Both the position numbers and the translations under genes were made by a program. Of a stretch of DNA of 64,000 nucleotides, positions 19,101 through 26,928 are shown piece after piece. Where the stretch lies: IMG/VR virus record IMGVR_UViG_3300048597_000634, positions 1-64,000 of that record. One strand, written 5' to 3'. Each line of letters opens with the position of its first letter. The stretch's first letter is position 1. The notes under the pieces were generated by a model that did no database searches, was not told the DNA's origin, and saw only the letters and a list, made by a program, of their open reading frames with translations.

Positions 19101-22100
19101 TTGGACCCAAAGCCATGGGGCATTTGGTTAGGACCACCAACCCAGGCTACGACACCAGCAGGACCAACGGCGGTCATACCGAGGGCAACACGGATGGCGG
19201 TACCGACGATGGGCTCGGGCTGGGTACTGAACTTATGGCCGGCTTTCACGGCGTAGAAGTTCTCGGGAAGCATCCCAGACCACATTGTATCGATGGGCTT
19301 AACACCACGACCGCTGGTTAAAGCTTTAGCCAACTCAGGTTTGTCTTGACAATTGATATAGCTACCTGATTGGACAGAGTTAGGGGCGCGTAGTAATTGA
19401 CGCTTGGTACCCTTGGCAACCTTACCGTTACTGTTTACGACACAGCTAGTTAGAAAAGCGTCCAAGGATTTGAACTTCGAGTCTGTTAGGAACGCATTAA
19501 CCTTGTCTTGACCGCCCATATCTAGGACGAATTGAGCTTTGACCAACTTATAGACAGCGGGGGCTACTTCTGCCAAGACTTTACAGTTGATAGCAAAGTT
19601 AGGCATTGAATACCCAACGTTCTTGTTGAACGACCAGGTAATACCCAGACGAGACATAGCCTCAGGCAAGAACGTGTCAGCAAACTCAGCGGTGGTCAGT
19701 TTAGCCTGCTTATAATTGGCAGCGTAGGACTTAATTAACTTGTCAGCGTATATACCCCAACAGTTAATCAACGCGTATTTGCCGGTATCACCAACCTTAA
19801 CCACCGGGCTGGGCATGGGGTTGCTGGTATCTAAACCCATAGGAGCCCAGCTATTGGACTCAGCCAAGCGGAAGTTAGCATTCTCTGCCAAGATATTGTC
19901 CGAAGACATGGGGAACATCACCCCAGCATCCTTGTTGAGATACTGGTTGAGGTTGGCTCCCACGGTGGACCAGTCATCTGACGCAGGTAGATGAGCCATT
20001 ACAGGCAATACCACCATGTATAGGTACCGCATGAAGCTACCCATAGAGGACATAGCTTCGGCACTACGGTAAATCTTAGCGGTGTTACCCCGTTCATCGG
20101 TCACCTCATCGTACATAGCTAGCACGACGTTCTTGAACATACGACCCCGGGGCAGGTCAATCATCGTATTGAGTTCAGGAACCCAGGCGAATTCTTTACC
20201 CAGGAAACTGAACACATAACCGTTACCATCCGCCTTGAAGTAGCAGAGGTCATCCTGATGGTTAGTAGCTTCATAGCTACGGAGAATGGCAATCACGTTC
20301 ATAACGTGTTCGGGTTGCCAATCAAAGCCGTGGAAACTGAGGTTAGGATTACAATCAACCTCTGACTTGTTCCCTGTTACGTCTTTGAGGTAGCGGATAA
20401 CGGAGAAGGCGCCTGATACACCATTGGTGCGGGCTTGGACACCCTCAGCATTGAAGCCTGTGGTGAGGTCAAGATTAGCCCAGCTACGAATGTGCTCCTG
20501 ACAGTAGCCAGAGATATCTTTGATGTCAGCCAACTCACGGTTAATCCACATGTTAGACATATGGGTGAGATAGTTAGCCAACTGACCGGCATAACCTTCC
20601 ATATTAGGGGCTGGGGTGGTCACCAAGGGGCGCTCAGGTAGGGCGGTGGTAGTGGGGGCTACTTTTACTTGAGGCGCGGGGGCAGGCTCAGCAGTTACTA
20701 CAACAGGTTCAGTAACGACTACTTGAGGGGCCGCTGAGACTTCGGTAACCGTTTCAGTCGCCACATTAACCACAGGGGCTGCTGCCGCAGATACTTTAGC
20801 CACGGACTGGATAGCATCCAACAGGGTAGCAATCACAGGAGATTGTGTTACTACAGCGGGGGCAGGAGCTACTTCCTTAACTTTCAACCGCGGTCCTTCA
20901 ATCACAGGCTTAGCCGGGGGCAATACCATCTGGCGACCGCCCTGCATCATCACATAAGCCTCATCCGCCCAGTCCATCAGACTACAGATGCGTACCCGTT
21001 GAGGGTCGTCTAAGCCATTACCGGCACGACCCAATTTAAACCGACGGGTAGGTTCATGAACTTCTAAATCAGCAATGTCACCGTAGAAACCACGGGCTAA
21101 CCCTTCGCTGATGCTGGGGTGCCAGGGGCCCAAGACCTTCTCAGTGTAGATATCACTGAGTTGAGGTAAATGGAATACCTCGATAGTTTGGGCAGTCATG
21201 CGTTCATAAGCGAACTCACGACCACGTTCGTACAAGTCAACTTTGGCAGTAGAGCCTTCGACGATAGCTTGACCATCAACTGCCTTAACGGTGAACATCT
21301 GGTCAAACCCTTTGCCCTCCTTGGAGGAGCCAGTGATAGAGGTCACATCAGCTACCACTACAATCCAGTTGCGACCGGGTTGTAGTTTGGCACCCAGACC
21401 CCCTTTGACGGCACAACCACCGGCTTTAACTTCACCGTCAGCCATGATGGCATTCCAGACATCAAGTCGGGCATCGATGATAGCCCGTTGTAGGGTGATG
21501 TTGTCCTCACCTTCGGCGGCTTTGGCTAGGTTAGCCACAGTCATCTGACCGTCTAGCATCACCGACACCTCAGGGGAGATTTCTGGGTATTTCTTCCGTA
21601 GGGTGTTGGGGCGGTTATACACATGGCTTAGCCACATACCACAAGGAGTGGGCAGTCCTTTGTTAAGCGCCGCGCTGGTGCGGAACTTAAGGACAGGTTG
21701 GTCTTTGCTGACCTTCAACAACGAGCTCTCATTGAGGGTTGTGTCTTCACAGACCATAGGCTCACCAAGACGAGGCCATTGCTTCTTACCAAAGTGGCTC
21801 TGGATGGGCAAATTGATATTGCCTTTGAATACTTGACGACCAGAGTCGTCTACATATACACAGCAAAGGCTCACGTAATACCCTAGTGAACGGTCACTAG
21901 ACGCGTGATCAGCCTTGATGGTTGCGGTATGGACAGCGGTCGGCATCAGGGTACCGACCTGTTTTGTTAGTTGGGATAGAGTGTCCATTGTTTCTCCTTG
22001 GTGTGTAGCTTCTAATAGTCCGCTTTTTAGATTGCGGTCGGTAGAAGCGCCATAGTTTAACGACATTTGGAGGTCGCCGGCGCCGTATTGTGCTTTAGCA

Positions 22101-22729
22101 TTAGCTACGATAGCTTTAGCGGCAGCCACAAACGGTTGACCTTTTGCGATCTGAACGATACCACGAACCACGCGTCGCACTATCAAATCCAAAACAGCAC
22201 TTAAGGTAAATGCAGCTCGGTTGGCTACTCGGCGGGCAGCTTTGGCTGCTTTACGGGCTACAGCGTAAACAACAGAACTGTGGCGAGCCTCCATTGAAAT
22301 AATGGTGTGGGCAACAGGAGTGTTGTTAAAGCTGATACGCATACCAGCACGGACAGGGGCGGCAGTCTTAAACAAACGGGCTTGGTCAATCAACTTCTGA
22401 CTGTCCCCGTTAGGGTTGCCTTTCTGATTAAGGCTGATAGTGTAGTTAAGGACAGAGGAGTTTAGGTTTAGTCCAGACAGATTAATGGTGAGTTTGTTAG
22501 TGTTCATAGTTTTTACCTGACTAATGTTTACGGAAGCCGGCTGTTGACTGGAGCCCGTCGAGAGCTGAGCCATAGGCGCTCCACCCTCAACGGACTCATC
22601 TAGACCGGGGTTTTGATGGGACCCCGCCTGGAACCCGTCGGGACTAATTTGAGTCCTCCCGACCGGACTGCCCGCGACTATTTGTAAGGCGCCATCGCTG
22701 GGCGCCATACCGGCAATTGATTTAGTCAT
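13169..22729 (-). CDS. Giant protein (3186 aa): putative single-chain two-barrel DNA-dependent RNA polymerase fused to a C-terminal Pif1/RecD-like SF1B helicase
   Basis: RNAP-like motifs in order: AKIRSSVAKANLMP...LPNAAGKTVDAVY (18671-18694 and following; beta-like), FGGKVIAMPNLP, HLTRSP (TRSP at 17129-17140), TKGDSDGDG (GDSDGD at 16928-16945). Helicase motifs: GEAGTGKT (14540-14563), TATTGRAA, LDEVSML, GDGDQL, NVRQAED, ATTGHSVQGMT, VACSR. Confidence 0.75.
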   Translation of the reverse strand: MTKSIAGMAPSDGALQIVAGSPVGRTQISPDGFQAGSHQNPGLDESVEGGAPMAQLSTGSSQQPASVNISQVKTMNTNKLTINLSGLNLNSSVLNYTISLNQKGNPNGDSQKLIDQARLFKTAAPVRAGMRISFNNTPVAHTIISMEARHSSVVYAVARKAAKAARRVANRAAFTLSAVLDLIVRRVVRGIVQIAKGQPFVAAAKAIVANAKAQYGAGDLQMSLNYGASTDRNLKSGLLEATHQGETMDTLSQLTKQVGTLMPTAVHTATIKADHASSDRSLGYYVSLCCVYVDDSGRQVFKGNINLPIQSHFGKKQWPRLGEPMVCEDTTLNESSLLKVSKDQPVLKFRTSAALNKGLPTPCGMWLSHVYNRPNTLRKKYPEISPEVSVMLDGQMTVANLAKAAEGEDNITLQRAIIDARLDVWNAIMADGEVKAGGCAVKGGLGAKLQPGRNWIVVVADVTSITGSSKEGKGFDQMFTVKAVDGQAIVEGSTAKVDLYERGREFAYERMTAQTIEVFHLPQLSDIYTEKVLGPWHPSISEGLARGFYGDIADLEVHEPTRRFKLGRAGNGLDDPQRVRICSLMDWADEAYVMMQGGRQMVLPPAKPVIEGPRLKVKEVAPAPAVVTQSPVIATLLDAIQSVAKVSAAAAPVVNVATETVTEVSAAPQVVVTEPVVVTAEPAPAPQVKVAPTTTALPERPLVTTPAPNMEGYAGQLANYLTHMSNMWINRELADIKDISGYCQEHIRSWANLDLTTGFNAEGVQARTNGVSGAFSVIRYLKDVTGNKSEVDCNPNLSFHGFDWQPEHVMNVIAILRSYEATNHQDDLCYFKADGNGYVFSFLGKEFAWVPELNTMIDLPRGRMFKNVVLAMYDEVTDERGNTAKIYRSAEAMSSMGSFMRYLYMVVLPVMAHLPASDDWSTVGANLNQYLNKDAGVMFPMSSDNILAENANFRLAESNSWAPMGLDTSNPMPSPVVKVGDTGKYALINCWGIYADKLIKSYAANYKQAKLTTAEFADTFLPEAMSRLGITWSFNKNVGYSMPNFAINCKVLAEVAPAVYKLVKAQFVLDMGGQDKVNAFLTDSKFKSLDAFLTSCVVNSNGKVAKGTKRQLLRAPNSVQSGSYINCQDKPELAKALTSGRGVKPIDTMWSGMLPENFYAVKAGHKFSTQPEPIVGTAIRVALGMTAVGPAGVVAWVGGPNQMPHGFGSNIEQANFEIPQRAIEVQPGVGFGADDIHLVRPELAVDFRQPECVLADVELVTEVHRVRGIEYYYFYPQTAVYVHGNGGSVVCNVHTDDELAPSKPFAYEGNNGDGILEWVRVHVAPEITGKNLEVEFKVTPMERQAKIRSSVAKANLMPVKSTFLKLPNAAGKTVDAVYLQDAMKIDVDGCLISVIGATLVLNPDCKEPGFLAMVEMAKDINELVEGRRHLEYLVEDHVSMVAQPLYTQLQTAFFNYFKRENVWTMWEELEHGDFGYAIDRLYTDMSDRGIDSWRLIDDAKEARALVMSLAAGVTEDYTYKCFTNDKDNAFVLFINKAGRVAKVAQQSTMLVGRKNCPIYDVVLYEAATTRQGINNNSSGQMDVCMRSLRAMTDAWGIGNDELAKDLISHQRLSGKTNSMWRAKMLHLSAYSGLSKAIDDRTVVKLGKWEEGKKGAGAATWIPNAEIIDTLKAVLGNADVSNVSNFGGLCDALKDYIFQIDASRKEYKVDPDSGEVYTVSKSIEVWTPFLYYLNGRSAEDNSHSTASGLFQAYLAEVLSGSLDGRSIGIIANQLCGRMESWASSEGVRKFISGGEVFGGKVIAMPNLPTGVMLLHEGDDQWANARRVAKHYGLDLRAVPTWADYKAHGESVWDLPERCEAFNHLTRSPIKDGPVLRVLRMPKSQEAYANTFYCFDRPWVYNPLTKKDVMANPYPYTIGVSVIAMTDITKGDSDGDGVSATFLVTEVAGLRGLVSTEDKAWDSCDMCAGGPGAQAIKEVYLGDHLRAPSLSKKANIFFRAGLLTVKYDSGVVVGKHLVLATTYNTTNWRSLILQSQQVGVSYKVYRLTEAIVDILNGMVKGGVFEAAGLEIPEMFKPFVGPQSYYAVTACADIYEYVLGAVNDLGWELWGLLSAVMEAKFAPVWHAPLIHIDKVDGNGTDHNLEAESKARYFREQKTAHLVDILSEAGVNPDQAGAMATAFWLASYANGTVKQQSMFLFDLQRDDRRVVQFIVAAAMLVTEAGRAKWHGFNHGPLNSTNVASEEKVRNHKAMTRVTLDYLVKGVSTHEVWANAVSESHCLQLLMDMADPEVLGDLVVGPAPNTALTYTIGADLVAHYESQLTARVGDVDLVELKQTVVDVEVSPTNYMVIDSDDFDLVDPFENIYDDYQPEEYMDITPPSAEEIAMSQAMMAQMMVSEAPAPTVVIDEDEQSTDDMVEAQQAFAVLMSPPPVVVAEAPTQVMAAPTPAVITPVVAPTEDKIFLAKQATVEAEIVSLETRLAKAQALLAKQQEQAKALQKLEDKKAKLSAKLADVVAKLTPEFAAMLGDVTGNEPNEDESDDGEGNVPVTKDDSPKKPDPAPAAAHTITFTPAENALRQSLAETASQPAAAPVTPQVAPSADEDMFIPEEGDYQANMAMFATKVAADPTTNKKATISNKVDEVAAVNTPAPAPAPAPAPTQTQSADDVVANLIKGYAKKSEPKNLIDAKKKARSIPCPPVDDTGATDCQKRFFNAACTGDNIFLSGEAGTGKTYALETMINHWLGLGDKVIVTATTGRAAMNMGVRFDIENLDGYGTFNSVLGLGIGFDEKDAAAMTPYAWSQRMIARGQANDELSVMLHGEKEGQRVHFVLDEVSMLDSRMLWVIWNILYYHNPCIQVILAGDGDQLKVIGKGARDFWQRAVIEGCNGTLENIIENFRCVNLKTNVRQAEDPELAAALRHLSETNEITGVLLERFRLCAEEGLKPSDNLNTTHIRFNNVTVERINRRMTRAMGTETKVYRAEIHGNNGPVSINGDRYPGWVYAFSPIAPVMEFAVGMPVKLRKNRKKDGVLEASNGSRGFITKLCKKSVWVLFEDGKELNIGVERFEGAGKDGQSPGAFYQLPIHPDFATTGHSVQGMTITNEGVISVSQEWKAKDKNRQFIFEEDGEHKTYKVALNDAQWLLVACSRFTKASDIYFNFEGPEDLHWFYQAQGNKDLSYRKWLESKAE
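14762..14796 (+). repeat. (GGGGGC)n hexamer repeat, six G5 tracts; encodes the PAPAPA linker on the - strand
   Basis: Read directly: GGGGG at 14762, 14768, 14774, 14780, 14786, 14792. Confidence 0.9.
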
Positions 22730-22958
22730 TAGAGATACCTCCGAAGTAGTTAACGCTAGCCTGCGTTTTTACCGGCGCAACCCGGTCTAGAATCGAATAC
22801 AACCACAGGGGGTTTTGAATCCCCCAAACTAGTAGGTCATTGGGCGTTACACCGTAGACCTGGTAAATGGCTTTGGCGGTGGCCGATACCACCGCGTTGA
22901 CTAGGTACAGTCCAAAGAGGGCATATACCCAAATAGTCAGCAGACAGAAAATGTCCAT
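22722..22958 (-). CDS. Small membrane protein (78 aa), translationally coupled to the 3186-aa gene
   Basis: Hydrophobic N-terminus; stop overlaps the giant gene's start (ATGACTAA). Confidence 0.55.
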   Translation of the reverse strand: MDIFCLLTIWVYALFGLYLVNAVVSATAKAIYQVYGVTPNDLLVWGIQNPLWLYSILDRVAPVKTQASVNYFGGISND

Positions 22959-23022
22959 ACGAAATTAGACGCCCTATAGACGCCGTTAAGGTTAATGACT
23001 ACCGGTGAACATAGTCAGTAAA

Positions 23023-23051
23023 AACCCCCTTCTAACGATTAGAAGGGGGTT
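23023..23051 (-). terminator. Intrinsic terminator
   Basis: Perfect 13-bp stem AACCCCCTTCTAA-CGA-TTAGAAGGGGGTT with a T-run on the - strand. Confidence 0.75.
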
Positions 23052-23059
23052 AAGGTGAT

Positions 23060-23295
23060 CGGTTGCGTAATTTTCAATAATGACAAAACCTATACTGAGA
23101 GGGCGTTTTAGGTCTTAAGCGCAACTATTACGTCCGAACACCTAAGAAAAGCGGCTTCCTCGGAGGCTTAAAAGTGTACGCTTGCGTAGACGCCAATATC
23201 TCTAAAGTATATAGCTGGCTTCGGTTACAGCTCCAAGCTTAGTTGGTTAGAAGCGTACACTAGAGGCTCGTCGATGATATATAGTCGGCTGTCTC
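23060..23295. ncRNA. Candidate structured non-coding RNA between two terminators
   Basis: No ORF. 11-bp inverted repeat AGTGTACGCTT (23173-23183)/AAGCGTACACT (23251-23261), C(UUCG)G-capped hairpin, further hairpins, and a promoter-like motif at 23286-23301. Confidence 0.4.
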
Positions 23296-23304
23296 TCTCA
23301 TAAA

Positions 23305-23340
23305 AGTGACCCCAGTTTCCTTTTGGATTCTGGGGTCACT
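23305..23340 (-). terminator. Intrinsic terminator after the HExxH gene
   Basis: AGTGACCCCAG / CTGGGGTCACT 11-bp inverted repeat. Confidence 0.75.
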
Positions 23341-23347
23341 AGCTTAT

Positions 23348-23806
23348 TTAGAACGGGGGTGGGTTCCCGCAAAGGCTCGCCAAGAAGTCTTTAAACCCCT
23401 TGTTAACTTCATAGTTATCCCCCCAGTCGACCGCCCACTGGGCTAGACAATCAACTATCATTTCCTCTTCCAGTGCCCACTTATCGTAGGCGTGGAAGCG
23501 GACTTTGAAATCCACCTCCCGGAAATACCGACGCACAAAGGCGTTACCCTTGTAAGTCAGCTTACCCGTATGGCACAGGTGGTGACCCAGTTCATGGATC
23601 ATTGTCCGAAAGCCCCGCCCGGTGCCATACCGAGCGTGGTTGATGAAGATTAAGTGCTCGCCCGGGAAATACATCCCGTTCCACTCCTCAAGGGAGCAGT
23701 GGAACCGGGCTCTCGCCCAGTCGCCTGAGTCTGGCGTTATCCACCGGATACTGAGGTTGAAATTGTTTTGTAGATACTGAGACCACTCGTAACAACGATT
23801 AGCCAT
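23348..23806 (-). CDS. Zincin-like metallopeptidase (ImmA/IrrE/SprT-like)
   Basis: TMIHELGHHLCH (HExxH) and a downstream EEMIVDCLA third-ligand-like motif. Confidence 0.7.
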   Translation of the reverse strand: MANRCYEWSQYLQNNFNLSIRWITPDSGDWARARFHCSLEEWNGMYFPGEHLIFINHARYGTGRGFRTMIHELGHHLCHTGKLTYKGNAFVRRYFREVDFKVRFHAYDKWALEEEMIVDCLAQWAVDWGDNYEVNKGFKDFLASLCGNPPPF

Positions 23807-24050
23807 ATTTAACTCCTGCCGAGTGTATCGGTTGTTTGGACGTTAAAAATATGGCCGGGTAGGGCTATCGAGGTGCGGTTGTCTGGGTGCGGCTGTGGTG
23901 GTCTGACAGTGTTGAATACTGTCCTGAGGAAACCGAATTACACGCGAGACACGCCTACACTGGTAGGATCTGGCACTTAAGCACTATGTCTGCGGATAAT
24001 CGGCTGTTATCCTCATAAAAGAGGGGGTAACCTCTATAAGTTACCCTCTT

Positions 24051-24341
24051 TTAGTGCCAGATTTTCTTACTGGCTTTTATGGCAGTACGGGCACATTTCT
24101 CCCATTTCTCTACCATATTGATCCATTCTTTAGAAGGGTTATCCTTCATGGTCATGCGGACCAGCTGCTCAGTCACTTCTAAGGCGTGGATAGCCTCGTC
24201 GAGTACCGCAGCGCGTACTTCGACGTCTTCACAGTCCAGGTCTACCCTGGGCAAAGACGCAGGTGTTACCCCAAAGTCTTTGGCAAAGGCTAGAGCCCTT
24301 ACTGTTTTGATAACGAAGTCTTTATAGTGAGACTTGTTCAC
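24051..24341 (-). CDS. Hypothetical protein (96 aa)
   Basis: ORF track; AGGAG SD before a GTG start. Confidence 0.65.
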   Translation of the reverse strand: MNKSHYKDFVIKTVRALAFAKDFGVTPASLPRVDLDCEDVEVRAAVLDEAIHALEVTEQLVRMTMKDNPSKEWINMVEKWEKCARTAIKASKKIWH

Positions 24342-24422
24342 TGTTTATCTCCTACCGGATTTACCGGCTGTAGGGTCGATAAAAGAGAGGGGGAGAACTC
24401 TTTCGAGAACTCCCCCAAGTCT

Positions 24423-24947
24423 TTACACTACAGCTTGACCGAAGAGATTTTTGATTTCTTCTTCAGTAGCATTAGCAAGCATATCAACGTCAAGCAACTG
24501 GTTTGTTAGCCCAGCTACTAGTTGAGAGCCTAGCTCCTTGTTTTGTTGAGTTACTGCATCGAGGGCTTCGATTTTTGCTTTCGCTTCATCTACTGCCACT
24601 TGTGCCCGTTCTTTGCTAGCTTTAACTTCTACCGCCAATGTCCTCATACGTAGACCAACCGCTTTCGCTGCGTTGACTACATTTTTGGCATCTTGAGCTT
24701 CTTTTTCAGCTTTCTCAACAGACTCTTCTACGCTTTTTATTTTTGCTTCAGACTCCACTTTCGCTTCATCATTGGCTAATTCAAAGGTCGTTAATTTCTC
24801 CACTAAGGGTTGATTAACAGAGTCATCCAAGTTGTAGCTCTTAAGTAGGTTATTAGCCCGCTCCTCTGCAGTAGGTTCCTTATCTTCGACCTTACGACCA
24901 AAAATGTTACCAAACAAAGCAGCTACGTTATTGTTAGTGTTAGACAT
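24423..24947 (-). CDS. Coiled-coil protein, paralogue A (174 aa)
   Basis: Shares MSN.NNNVAALFGN.F.RK and AKNVVNAAKAVGLRMRTLA with 25106-25669. Confidence 0.8.
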   Translation of the reverse strand: MSNTNNNVAALFGNIFGRKVEDKEPTAEERANNLLKSYNLDDSVNQPLVEKLTTFELANDEAKVESEAKIKSVEESVEKAEKEAQDAKNVVNAAKAVGLRMRTLAVEVKASKERAQVAVDEAKAKIEALDAVTQQNKELGSQLVAGLTNQLLDVDMLANATEEEIKNLFGQAVV

Positions 24948-25105
24948 ACTTTTGCCTAGGTTTTACCTAGGGCGAATTTTATGACCATCAACAGCACGAC
25001 ATAGGCGAGGGGAGTCGCACCCCTGCTTATTACCGTCATGCACCCAGCGGCTGTCTCAGTCATAAAAAGACGGGACCTTTTTAGGGGTCCCGAGTCTTTC
25101 AATTG

Positions 25106-25669
25106 TTAGACGATTTTCACGTCAGCTGCCTTTTCAGGCACCTTTACACCAGAAGAAGAACCAAAGAGGGCATTTATCTCCTCTTCAGTGGCGTTAGCCA
25201 GCATATCTAAACTCAATAGAGGGTTGGTTAGACCATCTAAGAGTTGATTACCTAGCTCTTTATTCTGCTTAGTGTTTACTTCCAAAGTTTCGATTTTCGC
25301 TTTCGCTTCTTCTACCGCTTTTTCAGCTTTTTCCTTTGCAGCTTTTGCTTCTATGGCAAGAGTACGCATACGTAGACCAACCGCTTTCGCTGCGTTGACT
25401 ACGTTTTTGGCCTCTAATTCTTTGTCTTCTGCATCTTTGATTGCTTTTTGGGCTTTCTCAATGGTCTGCTTAGAATCAGCTTTCGCGTCATCGACAGACT
25501 GTTCAAAAGTTGCAAGTTTTTGAACAACAGGAGCACTCACAACAGGGTCAAGTTTATAGGACTCAACCAACTTTGCTGCCCGCTCTTCAGGTGTTTCCAC
25601 TTTCTCAACAGTTTTGCGACTGAAGAGATTACCAAATAGAGCAGCTACGTTGTTGTTAATATTAGACAC
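25106..25669 (-). CDS. Coiled-coil protein, paralogue B (187 aa)
   Basis: Tandem paralogue of 24423-24947; GTG start. Confidence 0.8.
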   Translation of the reverse strand: MSNINNNVAALFGNLFSRKTVEKVETPEERAAKLVESYKLDPVVSAPVVQKLATFEQSVDDAKADSKQTIEKAQKAIKDAEDKELEAKNVVNAAKAVGLRMRTLAIEAKAAKEKAEKAVEEAKAKIETLEVNTKQNKELGNQLLDGLTNPLLSLDMLANATEEEINALFGSSSGVKVPEKAADVKIV

Positions 25670-25843
25670 GATGTTAGCCCAAGTTTTACTTGGGACGAAG
25701 TTAATGACCGCAACAACAACTAATAGGCAGGCGTAGGGAGTCGCACCCCATCCTTACCAGCCGTCTTGCACTCTGCTACCAGCGGCTGTTTTGGTCATTA
25801 AATAACCCCCATAGTTTCCTACAGGGGTTGGGTACGTAGAGAT

Positions 25844-26137
25844 TTAGAGCTTATACAGCTCCTTCTCTACGTGATAGGGGAGCGGTCCCCCAAGGAGATT
25901 ATCAAAGGCTTCCCCAGCATTACGCCAAGAATCCGCCACCCGTTCCTCCTCGTCCGACATGCACTCGAAAGCGCATTTGAGGTTCTGTACGGACTCTCCA
26001 GTCAGAAGGCTCAGTACCTCCCAATCAGAGAGCTCACCCGAGCTCCAACGGTGGCCTATATCTAACGGCATATCGCCGTTTTTAACAGCGAATGCGTTAA
26101 CTAGACCAACGTTCATTTGCAAGTTAATGTCATTCAT
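25844..26137 (-). CDS. Hypothetical protein (97 aa from MNDINLQ)
   Basis: Start reassigned to ATG 26137, which has AGGGG upstream. The ORF-track start lies inside a terminator. Confidence 0.6.
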   Translation of the reverse strand: MNDINLQMNVGLVNAFAVKNGDMPLDIGHRWSSGELSDWEVLSLLTGESVQNLKCAFECMSDEEERVADSWRNAGEAFDNLLGGPLPYHVEKELYKL

Positions 26138-26218
26138 GTTTTCCCCTGGCGGATGTACCGCCGGTAAATTACATGAAGAAAAAACCCCCATAGGGGGGGC
26201 TATGGGGGAGTATTTGCT

Positions 26219-26737
26219 CTATATAGATAAAGAGAAGTTGAATACCTTCCCTTTTGAATCGTGCATCTGACCAACCATGTTATAAGCACGGTCTATTAGG
26301 TCTTCTTGTACGTCAGGGTCTAACGTGGAGAAGGATTTAGGTCCATCTACCCAAGTTATTAGGATTACAGCACTTTTTGTAATACCTAGTTGTTTATAAC
26401 AATTACCCAAGCGAGCTAATTTCTCTTCTTTTTGGGATACTTTAGGTGCGTTTAAAGTAACATCAAAAGAATAGAGCTCTCCTTGACCTTGAGGGTCTGT
26501 AAGAGAATCAACAGCGAAGCACTCATCTAACAAGAATGAAGGTTGCACCACATTCCAGTTAATACTCCGCCCTTTTTCCTCAAACCGCCAAGCTATATGC
26601 TTTAGCGTACCTGGACGTTCTGCTTTAGCCAAATCCAACAAAGTGTCACGGCTAAAGATACTGCGTTTGTCGCTAAAGCCTGCAGCGGCTAATATTTCGT
26701 TCCACATGTTTTCTGCTTGTTTTGAAGCTCTAGACAT
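26219..26737 (-). CDS. Hypothetical protein (172 aa)
   Basis: ORF track; AAGGAG SD. Confidence 0.7.
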   Translation of the reverse strand: MSRASKQAENMWNEILAAAGFSDKRSIFSRDTLLDLAKAERPGTLKHIAWRFEEKGRSINWNVVQPSFLLDECFAVDSLTDPQGQGELYSFDVTLNAPKVSQKEEKLARLGNCYKQLGITKSAVILITWVDGPKSFSTLDPDVQEDLIDRAYNMVGQMHDSKGKVFNFSLSI

Positions 26738-26928
26738 TTGGGGTACTCCTTTGACCGCCGAAGTACAGATATCGGCTGTTTGGTCGTTAAAAAGAGGCCC
26801 AAATGGGTTTTGTTATTATTACTCTTTTTATATACCGGTAGTTAGCCCACCCCTCCTATAAACGCGATAATCCCATCCAGGTTTGATAATCTCGTTTATA
26901 AAGAGGTAGGCTAGGGTCAGTTATTTAC

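Noticed and set aside
23236-23262. tRNA D-arm-like AGCTTAGTTGGTTAGAAGCG as a tRNA gene, and GATATATAGTC as a group I intron S element
   Set aside because: There is no T arm or acceptor stem, no matching GACTA (R element) at the right position, and no interrupted gene.
24948-25800. Known riboswitch (FMN, cobalamin, glnA, ZTP, c-di-GMP)
   Set aside because: Only the T-loop-like hairpin resembles them; the other conserved core nucleotides are missing.
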